A DNA stretch of 64,000 bases from Polyangiaceae bacterium (GTDB taxonomy: Bacteria > Myxococcota_A > Polyangia > Polyangiales > Polyangiaceae). Within the stretch, counting starts at the first letter, position 1. Every line of letters begins with the position of its first letter. The position numbers and the translations under genes are program-made. Location: positions 96,001-160,000 of the forward strand of contig JAPSGB010000001.1 in assembly GCA_035063585.1 (NCBI GenBank), in the 5' to 3' direction. Below the pieces are notes generated by a model. The model worked only from the letters and a program-made list of their open reading frames with translations, ran no database searches and was not told where the DNA came from. Shown here piece after piece: positions 9,201 to 16,998 of the stretch.

Positions 9201-10143
9201 GCGCTGCGGCGACGGCGTCGTGCAGGCCGCCGCGAGCGAGCAGTGCGACGATGGCGTCGCCAACGGGACGAGCGGCAGCGGCTGCAAGAGCGACTGCACC
9301 AACAAGTGCGGCGACGGCAACGTCGACCCGGGCGAGCAGTGCGACCTCGGCGCCGCGAGCAACACCGGCGGCTACGGCGGCTGCACGCCCGAGTGCCGGC
9401 GCGGTCCACGCTGCGGTGACGGCATCAAGAACGGCGGCGAGCAGTGCGACGACGGAAAGAACGATGGGAGCTACGGCACCTGCAAGGCGGACTGCTCGTT
9501 CGCCGGATACTGCGGCGACGGGACTCCCCAGAGCCCGCCCGAGACGTGCGATGAGGGCGCCTCGAACAGCTCGAGCGCCTATGGCGCCAGCCTCTGCACG
9601 ACCGCTTGCAAGCCCGCACCGTACTGCGGCGACCATGCCGTCGACGGGGTCCACGGAGAGACGTGCGACGACGGGGTGAACAGCGGGCAGCCGGGCTCGT
9701 GCAGCGTCGATTGCAAGGGCTTCATCCCGCTCCCGAGCTGCGGCAACGGCGCGCTCGACTCGGGCGAACAGTGCGACGACGGCGCAAACAACGGGAAATC
9801 CGGGAGCACCTGCGACGCCCACTGCAAGCTGAAGTGCGGCAATGGGATGAAGGACTCGGGCGAAGCCTGCGACGACGGCAAGAACACCGGCGCCTACGGC
9901 ACCTGTAACCCCGACTGCACGCTCCCCGGCTACTGCGGCGACGGGGTCAAGAATGGCCCGGAGCTCTGCGACAACGGGGCAAACAACGCCGCGCCCCAGA
10001 GCGCCTACGGCCCGAACGTGTGCACCACGGTCTGCCGCTTCGCGGCGTACTGCGGCGACGGGCGTGTCGACGCCGCCTTCGGCGAGGAGTGCGACGGCGG
10101 CTGGAACTGCAGCGTCGCCTGCAAGGCGACCGGACCGCGCTGA
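6289..10143 (+). CDS. Large lipoprotein with Myxococcus Cys-rich (DUF4215-type) repeats and a central fibro-slime/PA14-like domain
   Basis: Lipobox VAGC; 23 CG[DN]x(n)E.CD repeats counted; fibro-slime motifs RDF..HPDFE, FQGDDDVWVFVNG, DLGGLH, LFHAER. Confidence 0.9.
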   Translation: MLPRFTRLFASLSVLFVVAGCGSNAEVVSQAPGLDGSPPPVGGDGGFDAGRIDASPNEDADTPDADAETPAVCGDGVLAPTEACDDGNPIPGDGCSGTCTIEPGYSCPEPGQPCIFAVQMTCGNGKIEGTEGCDDDNTDDGDGCSAGCEVEQGYACATPGQPCEPVVAPRCGDGKVNSGEQCDDGNDLASDGCDASCRLEAGYTCPEPGKACEPFRYCGDGMIDASEECDDANSLPGDGCSALCKLEAGYECPTPGATCVNLWVCGNGQVDPGEACDDHNTSASDGCSADCTFVEPGWTCPNSAGAGGACTLVPAETCGNGIRSAAEQCDDGNTNDGDGCSKACVVEAGWDCPTPGATCKLIEYCGDKLVTLAIGEDCDDGNTTSGDGCSASCTREPNWACPDPGQPCVSTVVCGDKKITGSETCDDGNQLSRDGCSSTCQLEAGWKCPLAGTRCVATRCGDGILAGEEQCDDGNTAGDDGCSTTCQLQPRVTTTNPTTTQPGGTTTTHFKCPTPGVTCVPTVCGDGTREGSEQCDYGDNKAYDGCSPSCLLEPSCPNGKCVAVCGDGILFDFDANGDGTNDEECDDGNTVSGDGCSSACKVELGYSCIAQADGAPAFLDLPATLRDFKYYNTTNGHPDFEQYSGSGQTGLVKDNLSAGTWGIPVFNKSGTGPQITSADSFSDWYSDTTGKNRSRRIDGLSVRLTRQANGSYVFNSATDQPYKTKGARYPVTANKGLFLPIDGMGWGNQPAGSPQDNNSNFGFTTEIRYWFTYDSGVQPTLTFQGDDDVWVFVNGRLMVDLGGLHAQLTGSVTLTPAVAASLGLVNRQLYEVALFHAERRSYGSNFWLTLRGFDKKHSVCTEVCGDGVRTAGEQCDDGAANTNSGAYGSCTTSCQLGPYCGDATVQAAGGEQCDDGVNATTYGGTSKKCGPGCRFAPYCGDTVISNGESCDEGAANGSGYGHCSGSCGLGPRCGDGVVQAAASEQCDDGVANGTSGSGCKSDCTNKCGDGNVDPGEQCDLGAASNTGGYGGCTPECRRGPRCGDGIKNGGEQCDDGKNDGSYGTCKADCSFAGYCGDGTPQSPPETCDEGASNSSSAYGASLCTTACKPAPYCGDHAVDGVHGETCDDGVNSGQPGSCSVDCKGFIPLPSCGNGALDSGEQCDDGANNGKSGSTCDAHCKLKCGNGMKDSGEACDDGKNTGAYGTCNPDCTLPGYCGDGVKNGPELCDNGANNAAPQSAYGPNVCTTVCRFAAYCGDGRVDAAFGEECDGGWNCSVACKATGPR

Positions 10144-10275
10144 GCCGCACGCCGGAGGCTATCGCGGTCCGAGCCGGTCGAACCGCGCCGGCGCGGCGCG
10201 GCTCGCCGCCTCGCCGGCGGGCGCGGGCGGGCTACGACTCACGAGGGCTGGTCGCTTCGGCAGTCAGCCCGCTCG

Positions 10276-11739
10276 TCAACCTGGAGGACAGCTCCTTCGA
10301 TACACTGCCGAAGCGAGATGGGCGGCGAGCTCCATCTGCCCAAAGCTCGTCCGATTGTAGGTCAGCGTCGGATTGCACTTCTTGGCTCGAATCGCCGTGA
10401 GCAGGGCGTCGCCGAGGTCGAAGACGCCGTCGTCGCGCTCGGCGAGCACGATCCAGCCGTGGTAGATCGCGCCGGTCCGGTCCGGCCCGCGTGATTCGAA
10501 CGTGCACTGCGAGCCATCGATGAAATTGCGGATCCTCGGATCCTCGGGATCGCCGTTATAGAGCACCTTCGTCAAGAGGTTCGCGAGACCGGTGAGCTGC
10601 GCCGGTTGCACGACGAAGCCGGCTCGCGCGGCGTCGAGCGCGAAGCGCGGATGACGATTCGCGTGTGAGGTGTCCATCGAGCGGCAGTTGTACCAACCAA
10701 CGCCGACATCCCAGGTGAGCGCGCCCGAGACCACGGGCGGCGGAGATGCCGGCCGAGCGCCACATACGACCGTACCGCCGCTGTCGCTGCACGGGCCGCT
10801 CCCGGTGGCCGGACAGGATTGCGCGTTCGCCGCATCGTAAGGGGCGATGCGGTTCGCGAAGCTGGTCGCAATCGTGGTGATCCAGGGAGAGTAGTCCGGC
10901 TCCGCGGGAAGCGCTCCAAGCGCTCCTGCGATGCGCTGGAGCTCGATGAGGATCCGCCCGAGGAGCACGCTCTTGTCGCTCAACGGGCTCGTGTAATCGT
11001 CCGCATCGCTCAAGAGATACGAAATGCTCTTGCGGTGGGCCCACTTGCCTACGATGTGCCGCACGACGAACCTACGTACCTCGATGGCAATCGCTCGATC
11101 GGCCGGCGGGCTCGACGGATCGAGCAGCACGAGCCGTGCGAGGCGCGCAAGCTCGGTAGCTCCCTGAAAATCGTCGAGCAGATACGAGGTCGTCGGCACC
11201 GGACATCCGCCGTCCGTCGCCGTACCCCCGTCGAAATCCACCGTGTCGCAGGAGGGACCTGCCCAGCTCGCGAAGCCTGCGTTGTCGATGTGCGTGGCCT
11301 TCGACATCATCGTCTGGGCCCACGCGAGGGCTCGCGCGAGATAGCCGTGGTCACCGGTCGCTTCGTACATCGACAGCGTCGCATCGAGGACGTACTGGAA
11401 CGTGTAATAGTCCTCGCCATCACCGCTCGATGCCATCCGGTCGAGCTCCGAGACGTTGTCGGCATAGACGGCGTCATGAATTGCGCGATACGAGGCGATG
11501 CGCGCGGCAGGCTCGGTTGGAGGCTCGCATCGTCCGGAGCTTGCGCCGTCGCTCGCGCTCGCGTCGGCGGCGTCCTCGAGGTTCGCGGCGTCGTCGCCCA
11601 CGACGCCGCCCGCGTCTCGGAGTGGGCCGTCGGCCGCGGCGTCCGCGGTCCTCGATGAGTCGAGCCCGGGAGTCGAGCTGGAGCACCCGATGAGCGCGGC
11701 CAGCCAATACGACCACCTAAGATGTCTCACGCGAGACAT
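10276..11739 (-). CDS. Hypothetical lipoprotein, possibly an (alpha/alpha)-barrel glycosidase-like fold
   Basis: Lipobox LIGC, Asp/Ala linker, LSMYEATGDHGYLARA helix-hairpin motif. Confidence 0.65.
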   Translation of the reverse strand: MSRVRHLRWSYWLAALIGCSSSTPGLDSSRTADAAADGPLRDAGGVVGDDAANLEDAADASASDGASSGRCEPPTEPAARIASYRAIHDAVYADNVSELDRMASSGDGEDYYTFQYVLDATLSMYEATGDHGYLARALAWAQTMMSKATHIDNAGFASWAGPSCDTVDFDGGTATDGGCPVPTTSYLLDDFQGATELARLARLVLLDPSSPPADRAIAIEVRRFVVRHIVGKWAHRKSISYLLSDADDYTSPLSDKSVLLGRILIELQRIAGALGALPAEPDYSPWITTIATSFANRIAPYDAANAQSCPATGSGPCSDSGGTVVCGARPASPPPVVSGALTWDVGVGWYNCRSMDTSHANRHPRFALDAARAGFVVQPAQLTGLANLLTKVLYNGDPEDPRIRNFIDGSQCTFESRGPDRTGAIYHGWIVLAERDDGVFDLGDALLTAIRAKKCNPTLTYNRTSFGQMELAAHLASAVYRRSCPPG

Positions 11740-11873
11740 GGTCGCCAATTTTTCCGTGATAGGCCACTCGCTTCGCAAATGAACGCGAACGGGCGCCCGG
11801 CAGCTCGCTCGCTGCGGCGAAGCTGCCTCCTCGGATAATTGACGACGGCGAGGTAGCCTGTAAGCTCGGCAGC

Positions 11874-12890
11874 ATGCACGGCGATGCTCTATTGAGCGTT
11901 CTGCTCGCAGGCGGGCTCTCCTTCGCCGCTGCCCTCGGATGTAGCAGTGAGGACGCTGGCACCACGGCGGGAGACAGCGGGCCGACGGCGACGGAGGCCG
12001 GAGACGACGCTCGCGACGACACCGCTCGCGAGGACGCCGCTGGCAACGACGCTGGCGACGATGCCGCTCGCGAGGACGCCGGGCTCGACGCGAGCGAGGA
12101 CGCGGACGACGGTGGCACCGGAGGTGACGCGTCCGACGGTGAGGTCACTCCGCCGGGCTTTCCCTGGGGCGGCGCCATCGATCCGAACGGCGATCCCTCG
12201 TCGGCACGCGAGGTGGCGCGCCCACTCGGTTCGACGAGCGCACCGCAAGGCTTCTACGAGTACACCCCGGCCGGCTACCCCGGGAGCGCCAAGTGGCCGC
12301 TGCTCATCGCGCTGCACGGCGTCGGTGAGAACGGCAACGGCGCGAGCGAGCTCGACGAGCTCAGGGACACCGGCCTCGGCCACCTGATCGGGCGCGACAA
12401 ATGGCCGAATGACCGGCCCTTCGTCGTGCTGAGGCCTCAGCATGCTGGCGGCGGTTGCCCCAGCTCTAGCGAAATCCACGCGTTCATCACCTGGGGGCTC
12501 GAGAACTACGCGATCGATCCTCACTATGTGTACCTGACCGGGCTGAGCTGCGGCGCGATCGGCTCGTGGTCGTACCTGGCCAATCACCTCGACGCCCAGA
12601 TCGCCGCGTTCGTCTCGATCGCCGGAAACGGTAAGAGCGCCTGGAACAGCAAAGGCTGCGATCTCGGCAAGGTCGCCATCTGGGCGTTTCACGGTGACGC
12701 CGATCCGACGGTGGACGTATCAGGCACCAACGTGCCGCTCGATGGGCTCGCGGGGTGTCCCGCTCCGCCGGCGCTCGAGTCGAAGAAGACGATCTACCCC
12801 GGCGTCGGACACGACTCGTGGAGCCGGACCTACGACGGCTCGGCCGGGCACGACGTCTTCTCGTGGATGCTCGGGTTCAAGAGGCCCTGA
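11874..12890 (+). CDS. Lipoprotein alpha/beta hydrolase (esterase/peptidase)
   Basis: Lipobox ALGC; LHGVGE oxyanion region, GLSCG nucleophile elbow, FHGDADPTV Asp, GVGHDSW His. Confidence 0.88.
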   Translation: MHGDALLSVLLAGGLSFAAALGCSSEDAGTTAGDSGPTATEAGDDARDDTAREDAAGNDAGDDAAREDAGLDASEDADDGGTGGDASDGEVTPPGFPWGGAIDPNGDPSSAREVARPLGSTSAPQGFYEYTPAGYPGSAKWPLLIALHGVGENGNGASELDELRDTGLGHLIGRDKWPNDRPFVVLRPQHAGGGCPSSSEIHAFITWGLENYAIDPHYVYLTGLSCGAIGSWSYLANHLDAQIAAFVSIAGNGKSAWNSKGCDLGKVAIWAFHGDADPTVDVSGTNVPLDGLAGCPAPPALESKKTIYPGVGHDSWSRTYDGSAGHDVFSWMLGFKRP

Positions 12891-13062
12891 GCCGCCGCGG
12901 CGCATGGGCCGCTCCAGCCGGAGACCCTCGCGACCGCAGCCTCGGGCGGCCGCGCCAGCGGCGTGCGCACGGCTAGAACCCTCGCGGTCACGCCTGCCGC
13001 TCCCGCCCGCGCGCCCCGCGCCTCGTGCCCCGAGCGCCTCGCGAGGCGCCGGGGACGTTCGG

Positions 13063-13135
13063 TGGGCCATGAAGGACTTGAACCTTCAGCCAACGGATTA
13101 AGAGTCCGCTGCTCTACCAATTGAGCTAATGGCCC
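13063..13135 (-). tRNA. tRNA-Lys(CTT)
   Basis: Cloverleaf GGGCCAT...ATGGCCC-A, anticodon arm GCGGA-CT CTT AA-TCCGT, T-loop TTCAAGT; CCA not encoded. Confidence 0.96.
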
Positions 13136-13173
13136 GTCGGCCGCTCGCTCCGCGAGCGACGTTCGGAGCGCCG

Positions 13174-13201
13174 CAATTACCACGGTGAGTCACCACGTCA
13201 A
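13174..13201 (-). promoter_or_regulatory. Possible sigma70-type promoter of tRNA-Lys
   Basis: TTGACG-N16-TAATTG about 40 bp upstream of the tRNA; the -10 box is weak. Confidence 0.3.
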
Positions 13202-13327
13202 GAGCGCTCTTCCGGCGCGACGCCCGGCGCGCGGGCCGCGCGGTTCCGCGCCGGGCCAACCCCCCCCCAGGTGGGGAGGGGCTGGCTGGGGTGTCGGAGC
13301 GGCGCGGTAGCTCGCGGGGCGAGCGCG

Positions 13328-15061
13328 TCACTTCGGCGGCGGCGGAGGCGGCGCGATCGCCTGGAGGTTCGAGCCGCCCGGGTACTGGTAGCTCGTGTAC
13401 TTGCCGTAGCCCATCACCTGGATGCCGACCGGCTTGTCGGAGATGAGCAGGTGCGCGCCCTGAGCGCCGGGGCCGAGCTTCACGCGGGAGATGCCGAAGT
13501 TCGAGCTGATGGCGGTGGCGGCGGGCACCGCCATGCCGTCGACGAGCACGTTCGCGCCGGCCGGCATCACGACGTCGACGTAGCTCGTCGGGTAGTCGTC
13601 GGGGGCGAGGAACACATACTTCGAGCGATACTGCTCGACCGCGGTCGAGGAGCTCGCCGCGGGATCGCCGAGGCCTTGCAGCGGGCTCAGGATCGCGCCG
13701 CCGAGCATGAACGAGCCGACCGCGAACTCGTGATCGCCCACGATCTCGAAGGGGTTGTTGACGCGGCCCATGTCGACGACCTGCCCGGCGTTGATCATGT
13801 CGGGCGCCTTGGGCGGCTTGAAACCCGGGTAGGTGAGCTTGGTGCCGTTCACGTTGCCGTAGATGCGAACGATGTGACCCGGCGCGTTCCCTGCGGGGCC
13901 GGTCGGCGGCACCACGAAATAGTGCTGCCCGAGCGTCTCGGCGGGAAACACCGACTCCTCGATGTGATCGCACGCCTGCGTCCCGATGGGCTGCTGGGTG
14001 CAGGGCACGCCGTGGATGACCTGGATCGGCTTGTCGGCTTGCACGAGCGAACCGCTGAGATCGCCATCCGCGCTGCCGAGCACCTGGACGACGTCACCCT
14101 GGTTCATGGTGAACTTCGCGGTCCCGTTCTTCGGCGTGGCCGGGATGCCGCCGCCCGCGACGATCTGACCGGTCGCCGAGACGCTCACGGTGACGCTAGT
14201 CGCGTCCTCCGTCGCGGTGATGGCGAAGTAGGAGCCCATACTCACGGCGGGCCAGCCCTTCTGACCCGTGATGCGGTAGTTGCCGGTCAGCACCTGCGTC
14301 GGCAGGAGCAGCGAGGCGTCGTTCGAGTACGAGAAGCAACCGATGGGTGTATTGCCGTTGTCCGCGCAGCGCAGGTTGCCGGGGCATGAGCTCCAATCCT
14401 TCCCGGCCTCGCCGCCGGAGGGCTGGTACTCGAGCGCGTTGAACTGATACACGGTGACCGGTAGCGTGCTCGTGAGGTGATACGCGCCACCCGCCGCGTT
14501 CACGGTAGCCGAGAGTGGCGTCGCGACGCCGCACTCGTTGCTGTCAGGGCCCTTCAGCTCGGAGACCCACGGCAAGTAGAACTTCTTGAGACCGTTCGAG
14601 GGGACCGTGCCGGTGAACGTCTGCCCGGCGCGCTCGATGGTCACCTCGGCGTCGGCGTCACCCGCGTTCGCCACGATGACCGCGTAGTCGAAGATGCTCC
14701 AGACGTTGTTCGCGACCACCGTCGGCCAGAAGTCGCAACCGACGTAGGACTTCGCCTGCTCCGCCTCCGCGCAAGTCTTCGGGTTGATCTCGACGGCGGT
14801 GCCGCCACCCGTCCCACCGGTGTTGCCGCCAGCGTCGAAGTCGAAGCCGCCCCCGCCCGTGCCCGTGCTGCCACCCACGCCGGGCGTTCCGCTGGAGCCG
14901 GGCGTCCCAGCAAAACCCCCGGTGCCTGGGCCTCCGCCCGTAGCCGTGCCTCCGCCGGTCCCGATCGACGAACCGGTGCCCGTTCCCGAGCACGCGAGCG
15001 CCGCGCCCAGCGACACGCCACCGATGATGAAGAGAGTTGAACCACGCCGCGCGATGCTCAT
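13328..15061 (-). CDS. IgGFc-binding-protein N-terminal domain lipoprotein
   Basis: GGAGG SD before ATG 15061, lipobox ALAC, Gly/Thr linker, SYVGCDFW, YSNDASLLLP, DHIEE, YQYPGG motifs. Confidence 0.85.
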   Translation of the reverse strand: MSIARRGSTLFIIGGVSLGAALACSGTGTGSSIGTGGGTATGGGPGTGGFAGTPGSSGTPGVGGSTGTGGGGFDFDAGGNTGGTGGGTAVEINPKTCAEAEQAKSYVGCDFWPTVVANNVWSIFDYAVIVANAGDADAEVTIERAGQTFTGTVPSNGLKKFYLPWVSELKGPDSNECGVATPLSATVNAAGGAYHLTSTLPVTVYQFNALEYQPSGGEAGKDWSSCPGNLRCADNGNTPIGCFSYSNDASLLLPTQVLTGNYRITGQKGWPAVSMGSYFAITATEDATSVTVSVSATGQIVAGGGIPATPKNGTAKFTMNQGDVVQVLGSADGDLSGSLVQADKPIQVIHGVPCTQQPIGTQACDHIEESVFPAETLGQHYFVVPPTGPAGNAPGHIVRIYGNVNGTKLTYPGFKPPKAPDMINAGQVVDMGRVNNPFEIVGDHEFAVGSFMLGGAILSPLQGLGDPAASSSTAVEQYRSKYVFLAPDDYPTSYVDVVMPAGANVLVDGMAVPAATAISSNFGISRVKLGPGAQGAHLLISDKPVGIQVMGYGKYTSYQYPGGSNLQAIAPPPPPPK

Positions 15062-15293
15062 CGACGATCCTCCGGAGGTCGGATGAGGACGGTGTAGCAT
15101 GGAGCCAGGCGGGACGCGCAGAAGCGCACGCCGCTCGGAGATGAGCGCGGCCCTCGCGGCGCGGATGTTCGGCGCGCCACGAGAGCCGCGAGAGTGCAAG
15201 GTTACGGCGAGAGAAGAAGCTGGGAGACCGGCGCGCGAGCGCCCCGTGCCGTGGAGCGCGGGAGCGACGGGGAGGGTCGCTCACCGCGGGCTT

Positions 15294-15335
15294 GCGCGCC
15301 TCGCAGGATTCGAACCTGCGACCACCGGATTCGAA
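15294..15335 (-). repeat. att-site direct repeat: copy of the tRNA-Arg 3' half
   Basis: 41/42 identical to 18801-18842 (one mismatch at 15301); identity ends in the anticodon loop. Confidence 0.93.
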
Positions 15336-15339
15336 CGGG

Positions 15340-15643
15340 TCATCGCGAAGGCGGTCGAGCTGGACCTCGCGGTCGAGCTCGCGCCGCGTCGCAGCCAGGC
15401 CCCGCACGCCGACGCGCAGCGGGCGATCGCTGCCGGCGCGTACAGCGCCCGGGCCAGCGCCCTCGGGCCCACCCCGTACCACCGCCGCCGCAAGAGCCCG
15501 CGCGGCCCAACCACGCGCACCGCCCGGCAGCGGTAGCGCCGCAGCGCGATCACGACCTATGCCGGAGCCTGCCAAGGAGCGCCTGGCTCGCGAACCTGGC
15601 GCTCGACGACGCCGTGCCCGACCGCGACCACCGGGCACGACCC
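15340..15643 (-). pseudogene. Decayed zinc-ribbon ORF resembling transposon-associated (DUF6431-like) proteins
   Basis: Reads SCPVVAVGHGVVERQVREPGAPWQAPA*VVIALRRYRCRAVRVVGPRGLLRRRWY with an in-frame TAG at 15557-15559; family recognised from memory only. Confidence 0.45.
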
Positions 15644-15752
15644 ATACGACCTCCCCTTCCGGCTCGTCCTGCGCGCCAAACCGCGATGCCCCTCGCCCGT
15701 CGGGTCGAATAGTCGCCCGCGCGCGGTCAGCTACGTGACGCGGTAACGGCCT

Positions 15753-16079
15753 CTACCGGCAATATGCCCCGTTCCACTTGATGCCAGCGTCCCATTCGAT
15801 TGGATAGCAAACGCCGTGGTAGCAAAGTTCCAGGGGTGCACAAGTGATCGTACCAGGAGAGCCGTTCACAGTAATACTACAAGAGTCACCAGCGGAGCTT
15901 CCAACGATGATGACGGGGGTTTCAGTTCCTGACTGGTCAGCGCAAAATAACTGCCCCGGCGTGCAGGCCGAGCACGGCGTCCCGTGCTGCGCGGAGTCAC
16001 CGCCGCTGCTACACGAGAACACGCTCGCGATGGCGAGCGCTATCGCCATCACCTGCGCTCTAGTTCGATATGGCGGCAT
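15753..16079 (-). CDS. Small Cys-rich putative lipoprotein
   Basis: Hydrophobic AIALAIASVFSC then SSGG; 8 further Cys; start uncertain (16079 or 16049). Confidence 0.6.
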   Translation of the reverse strand: MPPYRTRAQVMAIALAIASVFSCSSGGDSAQHGTPCSACTPGQLFCADQSGTETPVIIVGSSAGDSCSITVNGSPGTITCAPLELCYHGVCYPIEWDAGIKWNGAYCR

Positions 16080-16968
16080 TCCAGCAGAGCCCTTCATCGC
16101 AGGCGGACCACGCAGCACTCTCAGCTTGCTGATAGTATCCGTCTGCCTTTGTGGTCAAGACGGCACCACCTGCCGTGCTCGACGCCGCAACGGTCCGAGA
16201 TGTGCCCATCAAGGCCTTCCCAAGAAAGAACTCGACTATGGCCGAACCGGCCTTCACCGCCTTCACGTCAACCGGCTGGGAGAGTTCGACATCCGCGACA
16301 TTGGCCACCACGGAGTCACTCCCTACACAATTGCCGCCTACGACGACACACTGGGAAACCGAGGCGCCATTCACTCTCAACACGCTTTGCGGCACGGTCG
16401 CGACATCAACGGATTCGCTGAAAAAGAGATGAAGCATGTTCTCCTTCGCCGACAAGGATGCGCGCAGGATCCGCGGCGCGCTACCGGTGAAGAACTGCGC
16501 GGACCATGTGCCATCGTTCGCACCATCCACGAAGGCCAGCGCCGTGGAGTCGACACTGATCTCATACCACTGGTCCGCCAGCAGCGGGGCCGATAGCCGG
16601 ACCACCACGTCAAGAAGCGGGCTTCCCGGATCCTTCGGATCTAGAATCTCGACGCTCAACGGCACCGACATGCGCTGGGAGACACCAGTTAGATGAACTG
16701 CACGACCAAGATCATCCAGGTGAGCGCGAAGATTTGCCCCGTATAGCCTCGAAGTATGGAACACAAGTTTGCCATCAACGGCTACTGACGTGGCGCCGTC
16801 CTCGAAGTTCGCAGGGTCAAGCGCAGCAGCACTATCCGCCGCGCTCGAGGGGCTTTGGGGGCCACCTGACGCGGACGGGCCCGACCGGCTGAATTCGTCA
16901 GACCTCGAGCACCCGGCAAGCGCAACGAGGACAGCCGACGCAAGCCACACACTGATAATCTTTTGCAT
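16060..16968 (-). CDS. Lipoprotein with probable Ig-like (Big_5/SbsA-type) domains
   Basis: Lipobox LAGC; PLLADQWYEISV...FFTG and LFFSESVD motifs. Confidence 0.75.
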   Translation of the reverse strand: MQKIISVWLASAVLVALAGCSRSDEFSRSGPSASGGPQSPSSAADSAAALDPANFEDGATSVAVDGKLVFHTSRLYGANLRAHLDDLGRAVHLTGVSQRMSVPLSVEILDPKDPGSPLLDVVVRLSAPLLADQWYEISVDSTALAFVDGANDGTWSAQFFTGSAPRILRASLSAKENMLHLFFSESVDVATVPQSVLRVNGASVSQCVVVGGNCVGSDSVVANVADVELSQPVDVKAVKAGSAIVEFFLGKALMGTSRTVAASSTAGGAVLTTKADGYYQQAESAAWSACDEGLCWNAAISN

Positions 16969-16998
16969 TGCTGGACTCCCTTGCCATGAAACGCCGTC

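Noticed and set aside
10144..13062. att-bounded island at tRNA-Lys
   Set aside because: No duplicate of the tRNA-Lys 3' end found by eye and no integrase
15099..15536. ORFs containing RLAGFEPATTGFE or APRRIRTCDHRIR (also 18575-18898)
   Set aside because: Shadow translations of the tRNA and att sequence
15548..15570. Plus-strand DHDLCRS resembling a tyrosine-integrase HxLR box
   Set aside because: No other integrase motifs nearby; the opposite strand gives a more coherent pseudogene reading
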